64,000 bases of DNA from Phoronis australis. Taxonomy: Eukaryota; Animalia; Phoronida. Both the position numbers and the translations under genes were made by a program. The stretch lies in contig NMRA01000159.1 in assembly GCA_002633005.1 (NCBI GenBank), forward strand, positions 295,494 through 359,493. Direction: 5' to 3'. Below the pieces are notes generated by a model. The model was not told the origin of the DNA. It did no database searches and was given only the letters and a program-made list of their open reading frames with translations. Of this stretch, positions 27,591 through 41,770 are shown piece after piece. Every line of letters starts with the position of its first letter. Within the stretch, counting starts at the first letter, position 1.

Positions 27591-29519
27591 TCTAAAACAA
27601 AAGATGTACTTATAGTGTATATAAGACAGGAAAAATATAGACATGTTTCTGAACAGTTAGTATTTAATATTAAAAATGTGATATGCACATTAGCAACAAA
27701 CATTTATGGCACCCCATGTAAGCACATTTGCAGTACTGCACTAAGGCACTCGGTCTCACAGGGGCTACTATCTTTTATCAGAAATTATAGTTGAAACTTG
27801 ATCATTCGTGACCCACTAAATACCTTTAAACAAATAAGCAGAAACCATGAGGTGAAATTACAGCTGACTTAAGCCCATCGCATTTGTCGTATGACGGGAC
27901 AGTATATGATGTGTCAGCGACAGAAGTTAAGGAAAATCACGATAGTGAAGAGACCGTGGTACAACATTTGGGACACAAGATGGCACACAACTGACATTTT
28001 ATTTTCTGCTTTTTGCATAGAACATTAGTATCCCCAAACTATTGCTTTCTCATTTTCAAGTTTTGTACCATAGCTACCATCAAACAAAGTTTTGAAAAAT
28101 TGTGAGCATTCACAACATTAGAAGCCTTNNNNNNNNNNNNNNNNNNNNNNNNNNNNNNNNNNNNNNNNNNNNNNNNNNNNNNNNNNNNNNNNNNNNNNNN
28201 NNNNNNNNNNNNNNNNNNNNNNNNNNNNNNNNNNNNNNNNNNNNNNNNNNNNNNNNNNNNNNNNNNNNNNNNNNNNNNNNNNNNNNNNNNNNNNNNNNNN
28301 NNNNNNNNNNNNNNNNNNNNNNNNNNNNNNNNNNNNNNNNNNNNNNNNNNNNNNNNNNNNNNNNNNNNNNNNNNNNNNNNNNNNNNNNNNNNNNNNNNNN
28401 NNNNNNNNNNNNNNNNNNNNNNNNNNNNNNNNNNNNNNNNNNNNNNNNNNNNNNNNNNNNNNNNNNNNNNNNNNNNNNNNNNNNNNNNNNNNNNNNNNNN
28501 NNNNNNNNNNNNNNNNNNNNNNNNNNNNNNNNNNNNNNNNNNNNNNNNNNNNNNNNNNNNNNNNNNNNNNNNNNNNNNNNNNNNNNNNNNNNNNNNNNNN
28601 NNNNNNNNNNNNNNNNNNNNNNNNNNNNNNNNNNNNNNNNNNNNNNNNNNNNNNNNNNNNNNNNNNNNNNNNNNNNNGGATCCAAAACACGTTTCTCCTC
28701 TAAAAAATGAAACATCTCATGGTACACATTGGTGACACCACGCCACATATCTCGCCACAGTCTTTCTATCCTCTGATTGTGCACACTTTTTCCTTGAATG
28801 GAACTCCCTCTGTCTAGACCACGGAACATTTCCATGAAAGCACCATGGTCACATCTAACTCGAGAGGGTACACCTTACTTCATTACCGCTTTTTGAAAGC
28901 AATCAAAGACAGTTGTAGAACAGTTGTTAAAGGATGCTTTCCCATACACCAGGAACCCAGTGTCACTGTCTATTCCAGTATCTAAAACAAAAGATGTACT
29001 TATAGTGTATATAAGACAGGAAAAATATAGACATGTTTCTGAACAGTTACTATTTAATATTAAAAATGTGATATGCACATTAGCAACAAACATTTATGGC
29101 ACCCCATGTAAGCACATTTGCAGTACTGCACTAAGGCACTCGGTCTCACAGGGGCTACTATCTTTTATCAGAAATTATAGTTGAAACTTGATCATTCGTG
29201 ACCCACTAAATACCTTTAAACAAACAAGCAGAAACCATGAGGTGAAATTACAGCTGACTTAAGCCCATCACATTTGTCGTATGACGGGACAGTATGTGAT
29301 GTGTCAGCGACAGAAGTTAGAGAAAATCATGATAGTGAAGAGACCGTGGTGCAACATTTGGGACACAAGATGGCACAACAACTGACGTTTTACTTTCTAC
29401 TTTTTGCATAGAACATTAGTATCCCCAAACTATTGCTTTCTCATTTTCAAGTTTTGTACCATAGCTACCATCAAACAAAGTTTTGAAAAATTGTGAGCAT
29501 TCACAACATTAGAAGCCTT
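27288..29519 (+). repeat. Duplicated 0.84-kb segment on both sides of an N-gap (27288-28128 vs 28678-29519); probable assembly redundancy
   Basis: Near-identical, with ends coinciding with the gap edges (gap 28129-28677). Confidence 0.8.
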
Positions 29520-30368
29520 TAAAAATAAACAAGAGCAACGCAGGGCGTTGAAATGCGCCCACAAATGCTCAGCAAATGGAGTGCTTCTAAGGGTTTTTAT
29601 TTCTATCAGAAAAATGGCCACTGGATGGCGCAAAATATGTTGAAGTCATCCGAAAACGGGAACAGGTCTTTAATAGAAAGCTATCAGATTTCATAAAAAT
29701 CCGTCAAGGAACTTCAGAGAAACAGAGGAAAACAGAAAAAATGAAATTGTCACCAAGGGGCACATCATTGGTCACATCCGTCTGAAAATCGTTATCATCG
29801 TCCGTAGTCAACTTCATATAAATACACTTGCTAAATTTCATAAAGATTCTGCAGTGGGTTTAAGAGAGAACAGCTATGCCTGCAAAAAAACAAAAGTGCC
29901 ACAGTAGGCAAAGTCGTCAGAAAAACACGGTCAACCATCCTCTTCACACTAAGAACATATGTGCTAATTTTCACAAACATCCTTAGAGTGCTTTATAGGT
30001 TTCATAGAGGGGCAGACGCCAAAAATAGACAAGAAAACAGTAAAAATTGCCACTAGATGGCACAAAATACGTTCAACCCATAACAAAATAGGAAAATGTC
30101 ACCGCTTCTTTAATAGAAACCTATTTACAAAATTTCACACAAATCCATCAAGGAACTTCAGAGAAACAGAGGAAAATGAAAAAAAAATGCCGGAAAATGG
30201 TGTCATACCACTAATTGAAGCCCATGTGAAAAATTTCATGAAAATCCGTTGATGACATTTGAAGAAAGAGGTGAACATAAAAAATAAAAATTGCCACTAG
30301 GGGGCACACCGATAGTCCGATCCGTCTGAAAGCCGTCGTAGTTTGTTGTCGACTTGATACAAGTACAC

Positions 30369-31090
30369 CAGTGGCGGATCTAGGATATCACAAGGGGGGG
30401 CCCAACATTTTGTCCGGCCGTAAGCATTTGCGCAAACCACGATTGTAGATGCGCATAGCACCGAATGGGGAGAGGTCGGGAGGAGGGTTTGCCCCCCTCC
30501 CGCCCAGGAAAATTTTCTGCTTTTTCCTCTAAAAATCAAAAATTTTCCTTGATTTCTAAAGTATTATCCAAGAAAACAACACAGGAAAAACTGCGAGTTC
30601 CACAGATTCGAACTCATGACCTGGCTGATAGGACGCGCGTGCTTTACCACTACACCACCAAGATATCACTACTAACCTAAAACTAAGAGACCTACTTATT
30701 TATGGTCCACAGCGTTTGCGCGCGAAACCTACTTCTTTTTGTAATGCTTATTACACGTTTTATATTTTGTGCAATCGGCCCTTAACAATTTTTTTTTGTA
30801 TTTAAAATAGTCATCAAATGCCCAAAAGACCAAATCCGTTTTTCGTGTTGGCAATAATGACGGGATTGCTTTGGAAATCGTCTTAAGTTAAGGTTTGACA
30901 AAGAGAGAATTAATGAGTTTCTGAGTGATTCACTAAGGCTTAGATTAAAATTCACATCTTACCAACAGCTTCTGTTTTTTCATCGTCACTCAGGTTCCAT
31001 TTTCTTTAAAAAATGAAGTAAATTTTCTTCATTGCACAGTGGAGCAGACGACGGAAANGGGCTCCCCGGGCCCCCTTAAATCCGCCTATG
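30369..31090. mobile_element. MITE with 5-bp TSD TACAC, containing a tRNA-like segment
   Basis: CAGTGGCGGATCTAGGATA ... CCCCCTTAAATCCGCCTATG, flanked by TACAC at 30364 and 31091. Single N at 31058. Confidence 0.8.
30588..30660 (-). other. tRNA-derived (SINE-head-like) sequence with Pol III A and B boxes
   Basis: Minus strand TGGTGTAGTGGTAAAGCACGCGCG..GAGTTCGAATC. Acceptor stem does not pair, so not a functional tRNA. Confidence 0.55.
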
Positions 31091-34000
31091 TACACTACCT
31101 CAATTTAGTACAGATCCTGCATAGTGTTAAGGAGAAACAACCATGGGCACAAAAAGCAAACAAAATTGCCACCAGGAGGCGCCACAGTAGTCGAAGTCGT
31201 CAGAAAATCCCCGTCAGCTGTCCTCATCATAGTAACAACCTACAGTATATGCCAATTTTCATAATCATCCTTGGATTAGTTTGGTTGATAGAGGGGCACA
31301 CGCCAAAAAACAGACTCGAAGACAACAAAAATGGCCACTAGGTGGTTCAAAATACCGCTAATATATCTGAAAGCGAGAGGTTAGCGTCATCTCACTGATA
31401 GGCCCTATATTTCAAATTTTATGAAAATCATTTGAGGATCTCTGACTAAGATATAGAAACAAGCGTAAAAATAAAATTGCCACTAGGGGGCACACCGGTA
31501 GTCGTATAGGTCTGAAATTCGTCATCATCTGTCGTCAGCTTCATAGAAACACATCTACCAAATCTCTTCAAGATCCTGTGAGGGGTTTAGGAGATACAGA
31601 TACGGACGCACATAAATATGTGGGCGCATAAAAATGGACGGTTTTGCCAATTATTATGGTCTGAAATTAGTGAGATTTTACCGCATTGCATGCCAAGAAC
31701 AGCATCGGGAAATTTGAACTTGTTCAAAATCATTTCAACGTCGTACAACAGTTCTACAACAGATCTATATCGTAACACTGTTGTGCGATGCCTCACATTT
31801 GTTGTATGATAGTTGCACGACTGACATACGATCTTTGGGTTATCCGAGAGTCTGGAATAGTCCTACAATCGTACTAGACAAACGACAGTCCCCCAAACGT
31901 TTTACCATCACGTACATGCTCTGGGACCATCGAACATTAAATATATGACTACGTATCATTGGATGTCAGGCATACAATATGTCTTGCAACACCTTGGTTT
32001 AATGTCGTAGGACATTTGTACAACAAATGTGACTGCGCCTGTCAATACAGAAGACTATCGTACAACAGCATTTTTGTTGCCCTCCTAGCATCATACCACG
32101 AATGTGACGGGCTTAAGCAGCATCTGTATACAGTTGACAGTTCCATTCCATTTTCCAAAGCATTCATGATAATTCTGGTTAAAGAACAAACAGTACCTCC
32201 ACTATAGAGAACATAACATGAAAATTCACAGCTTGAGGCTAGATTACACATGTAAATGCATTTAAAATTACTGCTGTCACATGCATGCATTTTTCTTCTT
32301 GACATAAGCATCGTATATTATCCAGTGTTTTAACATCACATTAAGAGCATTTTATTCCAGTGTTCTGTTTCAGAAAACATCTTGAGAACCATATTGAAAG
32401 TAAACAACAAATTTACTGGGCTCATTTTTGAAGCACACTACATGCCCTGGGCACAATTAAATTTCATGCGACATACTGAAATCTTGTCTCGCACGTCATT
32501 TGGTATGTTCGTTTTCCTCAGCCTGCAATTGAGCACATGTGTCTCCAACATTTAAGTAGAACTTGCTCTGATTATGATGGTCGAACTATTAATGCACATT
32601 GTACTTTAGTTTTCTCAATGCTCATTCAAGACTTAAGACTTAAAAGTACGATTTTGGTATATTTTTGGACAATTACTCCTATTTTTGTTACTCCCAGAGT
32701 TGGGTGGAATAGTGTTTTTTCAAAAACAAGAAGAGTTGGTCTAAAATCGGAGCACCATGGTGCATCTGTATGAGGTGACTCGCATGCACATAATTTCGAA
32801 GCTTAAGTACATGCACATAAATGTGCGGAACATTTGAGTAGGAAAGTTTGGCAAAAAATGCATGGACTTGTTCCACATGCGCTTATTTGCGGTTTTTTAC
32901 GGTAATTATAATCCACTAATAAATAATTTAGTTGAACTTTGAAGTGCAATTTAACAATACAAACCAACTGTGCCTCCAACAGCTGAGTCTAGTTGTGAGT
33001 CTGCAACCTCATTGTATTGTCTTGAAGACTTAGCATACTCCCTGAGGACGAAGAAACATCGACACATTAACGTCGAAGCCTATGCACCATGCATGGCTTT
33101 AGGATACACCTGTCAAGAGTGTGTATACTACTTCAAGTGATTGCTTAACAGTTACATCAATACAAAATGTAAAATGTGTCAAATAGGGATAGTAACTGCA
33201 CTATTACTGTTTAACGGGGTTTGACACAGTTTGCCAAAAAGTTGAAAAGCAGTAGTCTAGTTGCCAAAGTTGACCCTGCAAAGTTGTTTACTGTGAAGTT
33301 TTCTTTTGGAAATTTATTATATATGGTTAGGAGAATAAAAGTAACTTGGTTGCACTTTGTGCAACTTTGAGCATTTTTTATAATTCTAGATGGCGGCTTC
33401 CGCCATCTTGAATTTCGCCTAATTTCCACACTCTGTACATGATACATGTATCTTGTAGGATCATGCAATTCATGGTTTCCAATGTTCAATGGATGAGATT
33501 TACCAGAAACAATCTAAAGATTCTTTACTATACCACAAAAATCATACAATCGCATTAATCACCACTAATTAAAAGCCCTGTCCATCAAATTGGTAGCAGC
33601 TTAAGCACTAGTCAGGAGACAGTGTCAATTCTTGAACAGTGGTAATAGAATTATTACATACTTCAGTCGACGTGATATGGTAGAGGAAGTAACTCCCATT
33701 GATTTGGCCATCTCTTGTCGTGTGAAGTTTGCCTTTATCATACTAAGTGAGATGAGGTTATGTCAAACTTTGATTGTACCCAAATGTCGTTGCCCCTGCA
33801 ATGTACATGTGTTTTCACATGTAATACACATCACTCACTCAAATGTTAAACGAAAGAATAGAGAGCTTACGTATATGGCCAGTTACAGGATACCAAATAC
33901 CACATATATTCGTAAACAATATCATGCTGAAATGCACACAGGTGAGTTTTGGTCATGTAAAACGAGGGACATCTGCACGGAATCATTTTCATATAGGTTT

Positions 34001-34862
34001 TTGGTATTAATTATTCAGTAACCAGTCATCCATAAGTTCTCTATTAACTCGAGCAATAAATGTGGCAGCAATGAACACCTAGTCATGCACATAGGAATAA
34101 CCTGAAAATGATATTACCCACAGTAGAGGGATCTCAAGGTAAAGGTGACATGCTGGTAACTTTAATAAGCATCGGTTCAGTTGTTAAATTTACACTGTGT
34201 TAAAAAGAGGTAATCATATTACTAGTACTCATTCAATAGATTTACAAGGCCAAAACTACAATACGCAAACAATGATGCTCACTTGATTCATATGCAGCCC
34301 GATCTGCCTCCTCCATTAACCACCTAGCAAAATTCAATAGTTTTGCTGCATAAGCCTGATCAACACCACCAACAACAACAGCATTTTGTATACTTCTAGT
34401 TAAACTAGTCAACCTGTAAAATAACAATAAGTTACTTATCAAACTGTTACTATTATAGGGCCAGGCACATTGCAAGACACTGAGAATATTTTTGTCTCAA
34501 CATCAATTTCCGTGTAATAGATGGCTGGGCCAAATCCATTAATCATAGGAAACGACTCAAACATGACAGTAAACTCGCCGCAAGGGCTTTTTGAAAAAAT
34601 GTGGGCGTCCTGTTATAGGGACTGGTGTAAATTTTTAGTAAACACTTTTCACACAAGAATGCAAGATTGACAGATCACCCAAAAATCTGGGGTACTAGTA
34701 TGAAGGTTCAGTGTTCATGCCTATTGGAGTACCGTTCATTCAGTAACGTTACACATTCAAAGAATTTGCCAGCTTTTGGCCACATTCATTCAAGATATGT
34801 GTCTTTTCACTATAGTGTGTGGGAGGGGTAAGCCACTCTGAGGACGAAACTTGCCTTGCAAC

Positions 34863-35303
34863 TGCTGTACGTGAACTTGGAAGCCTGCTTAATCTCAAGA
34901 TTAAGCGGAAGTGAGTGTTGCGTGAACTTGGAATACGCGAAGCAACTTGACAAGTTCACTCAAAATAACCACGTTCATGTTCATAAAAATTTGCACTGCA
35001 TTCAAATCAAGTTACAATTGAATAAAATAATGTCAATTTTAACCAACCTTTTCAACTACATGTACGAGCGATCAGTTTCACTACCCAATAATCAATTAAA
35101 CCTTCACATATTCCACCTGTTCAGCGACACAAGTTACGGTAAAGGAGAAAATGGTTGATCGTGAGGCCAATAATTACAAAAATCCTTTTCACCGAACAAA
35201 AATTTCACCTTTTTGTCTTAAAGAATATTCAATTCCAAGTTCACGCAACACTCACTTCCGCTTAATCTTGAGATTAAGCAGGATTCCAAGTTCACGCACA
35301 GCA
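34863..35303. mobile_element. MITE with about 70-bp near-perfect TIRs
   Basis: GCTGTACGTGAACTTGGAAGCCTGCTTAATCTCAAGATTAAGCGGAAGTGAGTGTTGCGTGAACTTGGAAT has its reverse complement at 35232-35302. TSD unclear. Confidence 0.85.
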
Positions 35304-37299
35304 CAGCCACGTGGCAAGCACTGAAACCTGGGGCTACATCAGTCTTCCTTTTATGAACTTAGGTCAGAGGTATATATGTATAGGAATATGTCCCTCTATG
35401 ATTTTTGTGTCACTGATTACAAGGGGGAATTTCTGGTTTCCAAGTAGGTTGGATACCTTTTTGGTAGCCAAATTCTGACCTCTTGGTGGCACAGTTTCAC
35501 TAGAGTAGAGAACCACCCCTCCCTTCTGATGAAATTAACCCAAACAAAAGGCGGTTTTGGGGAAAATTTTTGTCAAAGGTGAGTTTTTCAAGGAGTTTCT
35601 TACAGATGGGCCCCTTTGCCGGTACTGCGATATAGAGTCCACTCTCTAAATGGGTGTGCATCATAATTTTCCAAATCAGAAGTACCTTCCCGACTTCCCG
35701 TAGTAGTCTTTAGACTATAGTTAATTGTCAACACGGGGTACGACTCTATTCGTTTGCACAACCTACACTTATAGTATACAAATCGAGCACACCTGGCTAA
35801 CAAAAAGGACAACTTACTTCGCTTTCATTAAAGTGACGGTTTCTTGCAACACTTGGTCCATTGAAATATGTCTACAGCAACACTCCAGGTCACGTTTACA
35901 ATCGACAACAAATTCAGACATCGTGACATCGATCCCAGTACACAAGCTTGCACCACGAAGTTCCATTATAAATGTCGCGCTTCTTCTGACCGCCATGTTG
36001 GCTTAACTCTTTTGCACTCGACACGCGCTTACGCTTTGCTGTTGGTCGTACTCATGTTTGGTGAAAGGAATTCCTGGAATGCACCATCACAAGAAATTGT
36101 CGTCGCCGTACCCATCATCGTTATTAGTACTTGCTGATCGTACAAATTCCTTGAAGCCATCCAATGCACATTTCCCTGACACTTCCGTGTTCAGTAACTC
36201 CTGTTTTTGTCTCTTGGAATACTAAGCCAATATATGATTGACAGCCTTTGTTCTTGTCAGTCACCTCAAAACATGACGATCTCATTGGTTTAGTCAACAC
36301 ACTGGAAAACCTTAACACTGATTGGTTCTTTTAAGAACATCCACACGAGTTCGACAGCATCACTGACGCGTCAGCGTGTTAAAAATGACTCGTCACGTGT
36401 CAGGAAAGACCCGTCACAAGGTGACGCTAGAGGCATTAGAACAAAAATTGCGAAACCATTACAGTTATTCAGACGCGTTAATATTTAACGCCGTTTTCCT
36501 AGATAAAGTCGCATGAACGGGATTTGCATGTTTCGTAATTACTAAAATAAACGATTAAAAACAAAATTATCTTAATTTAATAACGTTTTATATGGGCGTG
36601 GTTGTTTGGCACGGCGGCATGAATGATGTGTTATGACAACTGATACTTCATTGGTCCTTTGTTTGAAAAAGTTATAGATTGATATTAAATAATTATAAGC
36701 CAATCATCGAGGGAAATTTACCAGTGATGTTGGTGCCAATAATGCCTAATTAAATTTTTGACCTTCCGTGATTTAAAAATGCCCTATTAACGAAAAATTG
36801 ATGTGTTGTATCAATTTTCCAATTTTTCATAAAACATTTACAGCCACAATAAACCACTGTGACATTCTGGCTTTCTATCCAATTGATACATTTTGTTTCA
36901 GCTTGCCAATTATAACCACGAAATTATACATGCCTGCCGAAATTAATACAATGAGACGCAAAGTGCATCAAAGGAGGATGGAAGTTATGGACCTCAAGGA
37001 AAGAGTTCTTCTTTTGAAAGGAAAGAAACTACAGAAATAAATAAGTACATTGACGTAAGAAACAACACTGATTTTGAAAGTGTGAGCAGATTTTTTTAAA
37101 TTTTGACAAGTGGATCAAACCTGTATTCGTTGTTTTCAGTTTTTGTGAACAAAATAGATGAATACATATAGTTATATACATCGACATATGAGTTTATGAC
37201 TTGTTCATCAATTTACAATTCACACACTTCTTTGTTATTACGCGAAACGGTTTTGAATGAGCAAACGTCTGAAAACTAGTTCTCTTTGCTCGTCATGTG

Positions 37300-37878
37300 C
37301 AACAACAATGATGTTGACGTCTTCATCACCATCATCTTTGGGAATGTAACCGTCGTCCCCATTCAATCTTGACATGTTGTGCAATACGCACAGTGACACA
37401 ACGATTGCCTGGGCATTGTGTGTTCGAGAATCTATGCTGATGCAGGGAAAACGTCTCTTAAGTGTCCTAAAGCCCTTTCTATGATATTTCGAGTAAGTTT
37501 GTGGGCAGTATTATAACACACCTCTGCATCTGTGGTTGGTCGTAGCACAGGGGTCACTAGATATCTTTCACACGCATATCCATTGTCCCCAAAAAGTGAA
37601 CCCCTGATCCATCCATTTTGAAGCTTTTCAGCCAGTGTGCTGTTGAGAAATATTGGGCTGTCGTGGGTTGATCCAGGCCAGCGAGTTACGACTCTGCAAA
37701 TCACCACTGATGCGTCGCATACTGCCTGTACATTCAACGAGTAATACCCCTTCCGATTGACGTACTCGGCAGGATTCCTGATTCCTCGTGGATAAGCAAT
37801 TCTGATGTGTGTACCATCAACACAACCGACAACTCCTGGCAAATGCACAACACGAAAAAATGCTGTTCGTTTTGTCAT
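37300..37878 (-). pseudogene. Harbinger (HARBI1-like, DDE_Tnp_4) transposase fragment
   Basis: PGVVGCVDGTHIRI..YVNRKGYYSLNVQAVCD..WPGSTHDS..GDNGY..YNTAHKLTRNIIERALG, then a frameshift before KRRF; N-terminus deleted. Confidence 0.92.
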
Positions 37879-38164
37879 TCAGAACCGCTTTTTGAAGTCT
37901 GTTTCGTCTTAAAATTCAAAATAGTTTACTGTGGCTCTAAAATTGCGTCGGCGACGCATGTCACGACTTCTTTCACCTGCTGGATAAGGCACATGAATAT
38001 CTCGCAAGTCTGAGTCAGCCATCTTTAAAAGTGTTAAACCTGGGTCTGGCCACTGAGCTCTAAATTTAAACCTGGTTTAAGGTCTTAGTACAGGTCTAAG
38101 AAACTTAGACTACGGTGGTGAAATGAAAAGTATCTTAGACCAGGTTTCAACTGGAGTTAAACCT

Positions 38165-38567
38165 GGGCCTGGTCTCCAATCTTTTTACTCAAAATGGAAC
38201 TCGAAATTAGGTTTGGCATTTTCTACTCTACTTTAGGATGAACTCAAGATAAGTGTCTATTATCCTATGCTCAAGTACACAATAACTTACGTAGATAATT
38301 TATTGGCCTTAGTTCACAGTTTGTAAACCCAATATTAAAGCAATAACTTCGAGTTTGAACTCGAAATTTCGAGTTTTTGCTCGAGTTTGTAGCACGAATA
38401 TAAGGGTCTTCAAGGGCAACCTTGAACTAGAAACTCCTATGCATAAATTATAATGTATTCGAGCACAGTCTGATAACCAATTATCTTAAGTTCGCACAAA
38501 AGGAGCAGAGAAATCGCCAAAAATAGTTTCGAGTTCGTTTCGAGTACAAAGATTAGAGACCGGGCCC
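38165..38567. mobile_element. Harbinger-type MITE nested in the Harbinger end region
   Basis: TIRs GGGCCTGGTCTCCAATCTTTTTACTC / GAGTACAAAGATTAGAGACCGGGCCC, inserted in an AAACCWGGTTT unit (CWG target). Confidence 0.8.
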
Positions 38568-41500
38568 AGGTTTCACTAGACCAATGGTCTAAAAGTTAAA
38601 CTACCTTTATGAAATGCGGCTTATCTTTAAACCTGGTCTAATTCCAAATTAAACCAGGTTTAACTTTGAACCACCTTTATGAAATCGGCTGTTAGAGTCA
38701 AATAATATCCGTTATATATGTTGACGAAATTTACGATATTACTTTTCAGTGACAAATGCTTTTAACTTTCTTAGTCGAGATCATTACGGCAGTCGACAAT
38801 TGTACTGAGGTATCACCTTAATTGTCAACAAAATTGTCTGTGGCTTGTAATATTTCAAAGAATCGACCTTTCTAAAAACTAAAAACTTTATTGTGGAGGA
38901 ATTTCTGATCTAAAATACAAGCTTCATTCACATACTTAAGCTGACGAGCCCCACGCGGTCACGTGATCAACTGGCTTTTGAAATCGTTCCTTAAGTCGTT
39001 CACAAACGTTGAAAGTAATAATGCACTTGAAAAATGACAGTAGCAATAAAACCCCCGAACCAATCACAAGTCAGCAGCTTCTCAGTATAAAGTCTTGTTC
39101 ATGTGTGTTTTTGATAAAAACTCCAAGCGGTGCCGTCTCTGAAAAGCCTATTTTATAGGGCAATGGAGATTTCCGATAAACTGCAAATCACCATTGGGCG
39201 CTCAAGGGCACATTTTGTCATTTCATTTTGTTCATTTTGTAGTCGCTATTTAAAAAGACCTTGTGTAAATAATTGTCCGGTAAACAGAACGTCCAGTGCT
39301 CTCTATCAGAAACTTCAATGAACCATTTTTTGAATCTTAACACGAGTCAAAGTCACCAGAATATCAGTATAGTTCGGTAGTAGCCCTTAGTTTATAAAAA
39401 CTTCATTAAAGACGCGACTGCAAGCTTGTTACTAGTACGCTCGTAGTGTCGTAACAGTCTCCGTTCTTCAGGTGAGCAGACACAGCGTATGTAGTAAAAC
39501 ACCGAGCGACATAACAAACAAACAAACCAAAAACAAACAAACAAATTAAAACACTAGCTATATGAAGAAATATAAGAGGAATGGATCAAATCAAGGTCAC
39601 AAACTCAAGGGAAGATGGCAACATAAAGGTTCCATGTTCAAAACGATCCTAGCGATGGATTCAATGGGGGGAATTTGCCCCGCTAGCTGGATTTATTCCA
39701 GTTTGAAACTTGCGTGTTTTTTCAGTCCAAACAAATCAAATTCATAAAAATTTACAAATGAGTTGTTGAAAAGGGCACTTGAATTGAAGAGTCTTGTGTT
39801 TTTCAAACCTATTTGAGTTTTATTGTTCTTTGCTGAAGGGGCTACTTTTAATCAACGTTGGGATGTAACTGGAATTGATTTGTAGATACGTAATTACTGA
39901 ACTGTTACAAATACCAAGGAAAAGAGTGAGATTGTTGTGTGTAGCATACCTGTAAACTGTGTAATGGTTTGTTACTAGTATTTCTTTCTTAGCAGTCCTT
40001 CATTCAAATATATAGTGTAAAAGCGATAGTACCAGCTACAATGGTGAATTGTTGATTAAACTAGTTTTGCTCATAGTAACTGGCCTCCTCCCTTGTCAAT
40101 ACTGCCCATACATTTTGCTGTTCCTTGTGGTTTACTTGTATGTCAAAAACTGAAACGTTGACTTGGATATGAATCGAATCCCAGTTTTTATTTTCACTTT
40201 CTCCTGTGAAATGTTTGCTTAAGCTTACAATTAATTCGATTATTCAATGTTTAATTTTACTTGTGTAGTCAAAATTAGGACTTCGTCACCATTCAAATTA
40301 TTGCCTCCATGATTTCACTGGACTGCGGACTTTTCTGTGACTACAATGAATAGTGTGAATCAAAGTGTAGATTGCCAATAAAAATCTTGGTTAGGATTAA
40401 AAAATCTCGCCTCACATCATAGAAAAACACTATGCAGACAAAAACTCATAACTGTTCCATGAAAATTTGTTCGATTCCAGTTTTCTACAAATCTTTCAGT
40501 TTACGGTGTTCAGTTCAGTCTTTAATATTTGTGACGTTTTAGATCGGCATCCTAGAGCACTTACCAATATCAATTGTGCTTTTTGGTTTGAATTCGTTAT
40601 AGGCTGGAGGGGTAGACAGTCTAAATCTCCCGTTGTCGAGATATGATGAATATAGAATGAACGTTCCGTGTTGTTTGTTGGATTGTTTATGAATTGTATA
40701 TTATTAATCTTAGTTCATATCTTGAAATGCACAATGCAGGAAAATATTTTTCTTTCGGAATATTTCTATAGTCTTTGGTAGCCGAGGGATAAAATAAAGA
40801 AATGGTGCGTTTTGTTGACAATTGCGTTCGAAATAATGGATGAGTTACCGTACACTACCAACTTTTAGCAGTTATGTAGAGAAGGACCTGGACTAACTAA
40901 TTCACCTGGTGTGGTTGTGGTATTACGAAAATGTGTTGATAAATGATGGTGTCAGTTGTTTGTCAATGCATTCTTTGTTAGTTTGGTACAATGTTAAGGC
41001 TTTAAAAAATATCTTTTTATACATCGCGTGTTGTAATGTTCAACTTCTATTTACTACCCTACTAATAAACATACGCAATAGTTATATTTCGTGTTATTGC
41101 ATGTCCCGTTTTGGCGAAACTTCCCCGCTTTTTGAAGATTTGTCCTGTTGTCCCGACATACCATCAAATGTCCTACTTCTTGACGAACGTCGAAACTCAA
41201 AACCCCAAAAAGGAAATACTGACAGGGCGTTTTTGAGTTCTACGGGACACGTAATTTTTCGTTAGTCCAAAAAATGCCATCGAATCGTTTTGGATGTGCA
41301 CTTTCCCGTTCGAGTAAAATAAAACCCCGTATTGCCGTTTCCACTTCTTCCGTCAGACATCTCTGGCACCATAGATTATAGACAACATTCGCAACTCCGA
41401 CATTTTCTTCTGTGCTGTCCTCAAGAGTTGGCGTCACTTTCCTAAATTGTATGGTGCAGTTTCCGGTTAGTGTATTGTGAAGGGAAATTTTCGCATCTAA

Positions 41501-41770
41501 TTTACTGTCCAGTACAACGAAAAATAATAATTTCGGCATTGAAACGCTCTTCAAACCTTCCGATAGTAGAACTGCTGGTATCGCAAGTACTTTTGGCAAT
41601 GCGGTTCCGACCATCATGGGCTATAATACATGGACAGCCAACTCCGTATACTTTCAGTTGACGAAATGTGTGCTGTTTCGCAAATGCGGTTACGTCATTA
41701 TTCACTAGCGTCACCTGGCCAAATTACCTGGTGTTATTTCCAGCAAGTACATGTACCTCGTCTGCTAATC

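Larger units (their letters stand above)
29600..31600 (+). repeat. Degenerate tandem-repeat element (subunits about 120-150 bp) with recurring CCACTAG(G/A)(G/T)GGC motif, split by a MITE
   Basis: Units AAAATTGCCACTAGRKGGCAC..AAATTTCAT..ATCC. A related inverted copy lies at about 45700-46550. Confidence 0.7.
36900..38691 (-). mobile_element. PIF/Harbinger DNA transposon remnant
   Basis: Minus-strand transposase, a convergent basic coiled-coil ORF end at 36940-37040 (possible accessory gene), and an end region rich in AAACCWGGTTT palindromes finishing in TTATGAAATCGGC. Confidence 0.7.

Noticed and set aside
34825-34860. Hammerhead-like core CTGAGGA-C-GAAAC (also CTGANGA at 33042, 38941 and 56957)
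   Set aside because: Stem I or II, the GAAA or the NUH cleavage triplet is missing in each case; no complete fold.
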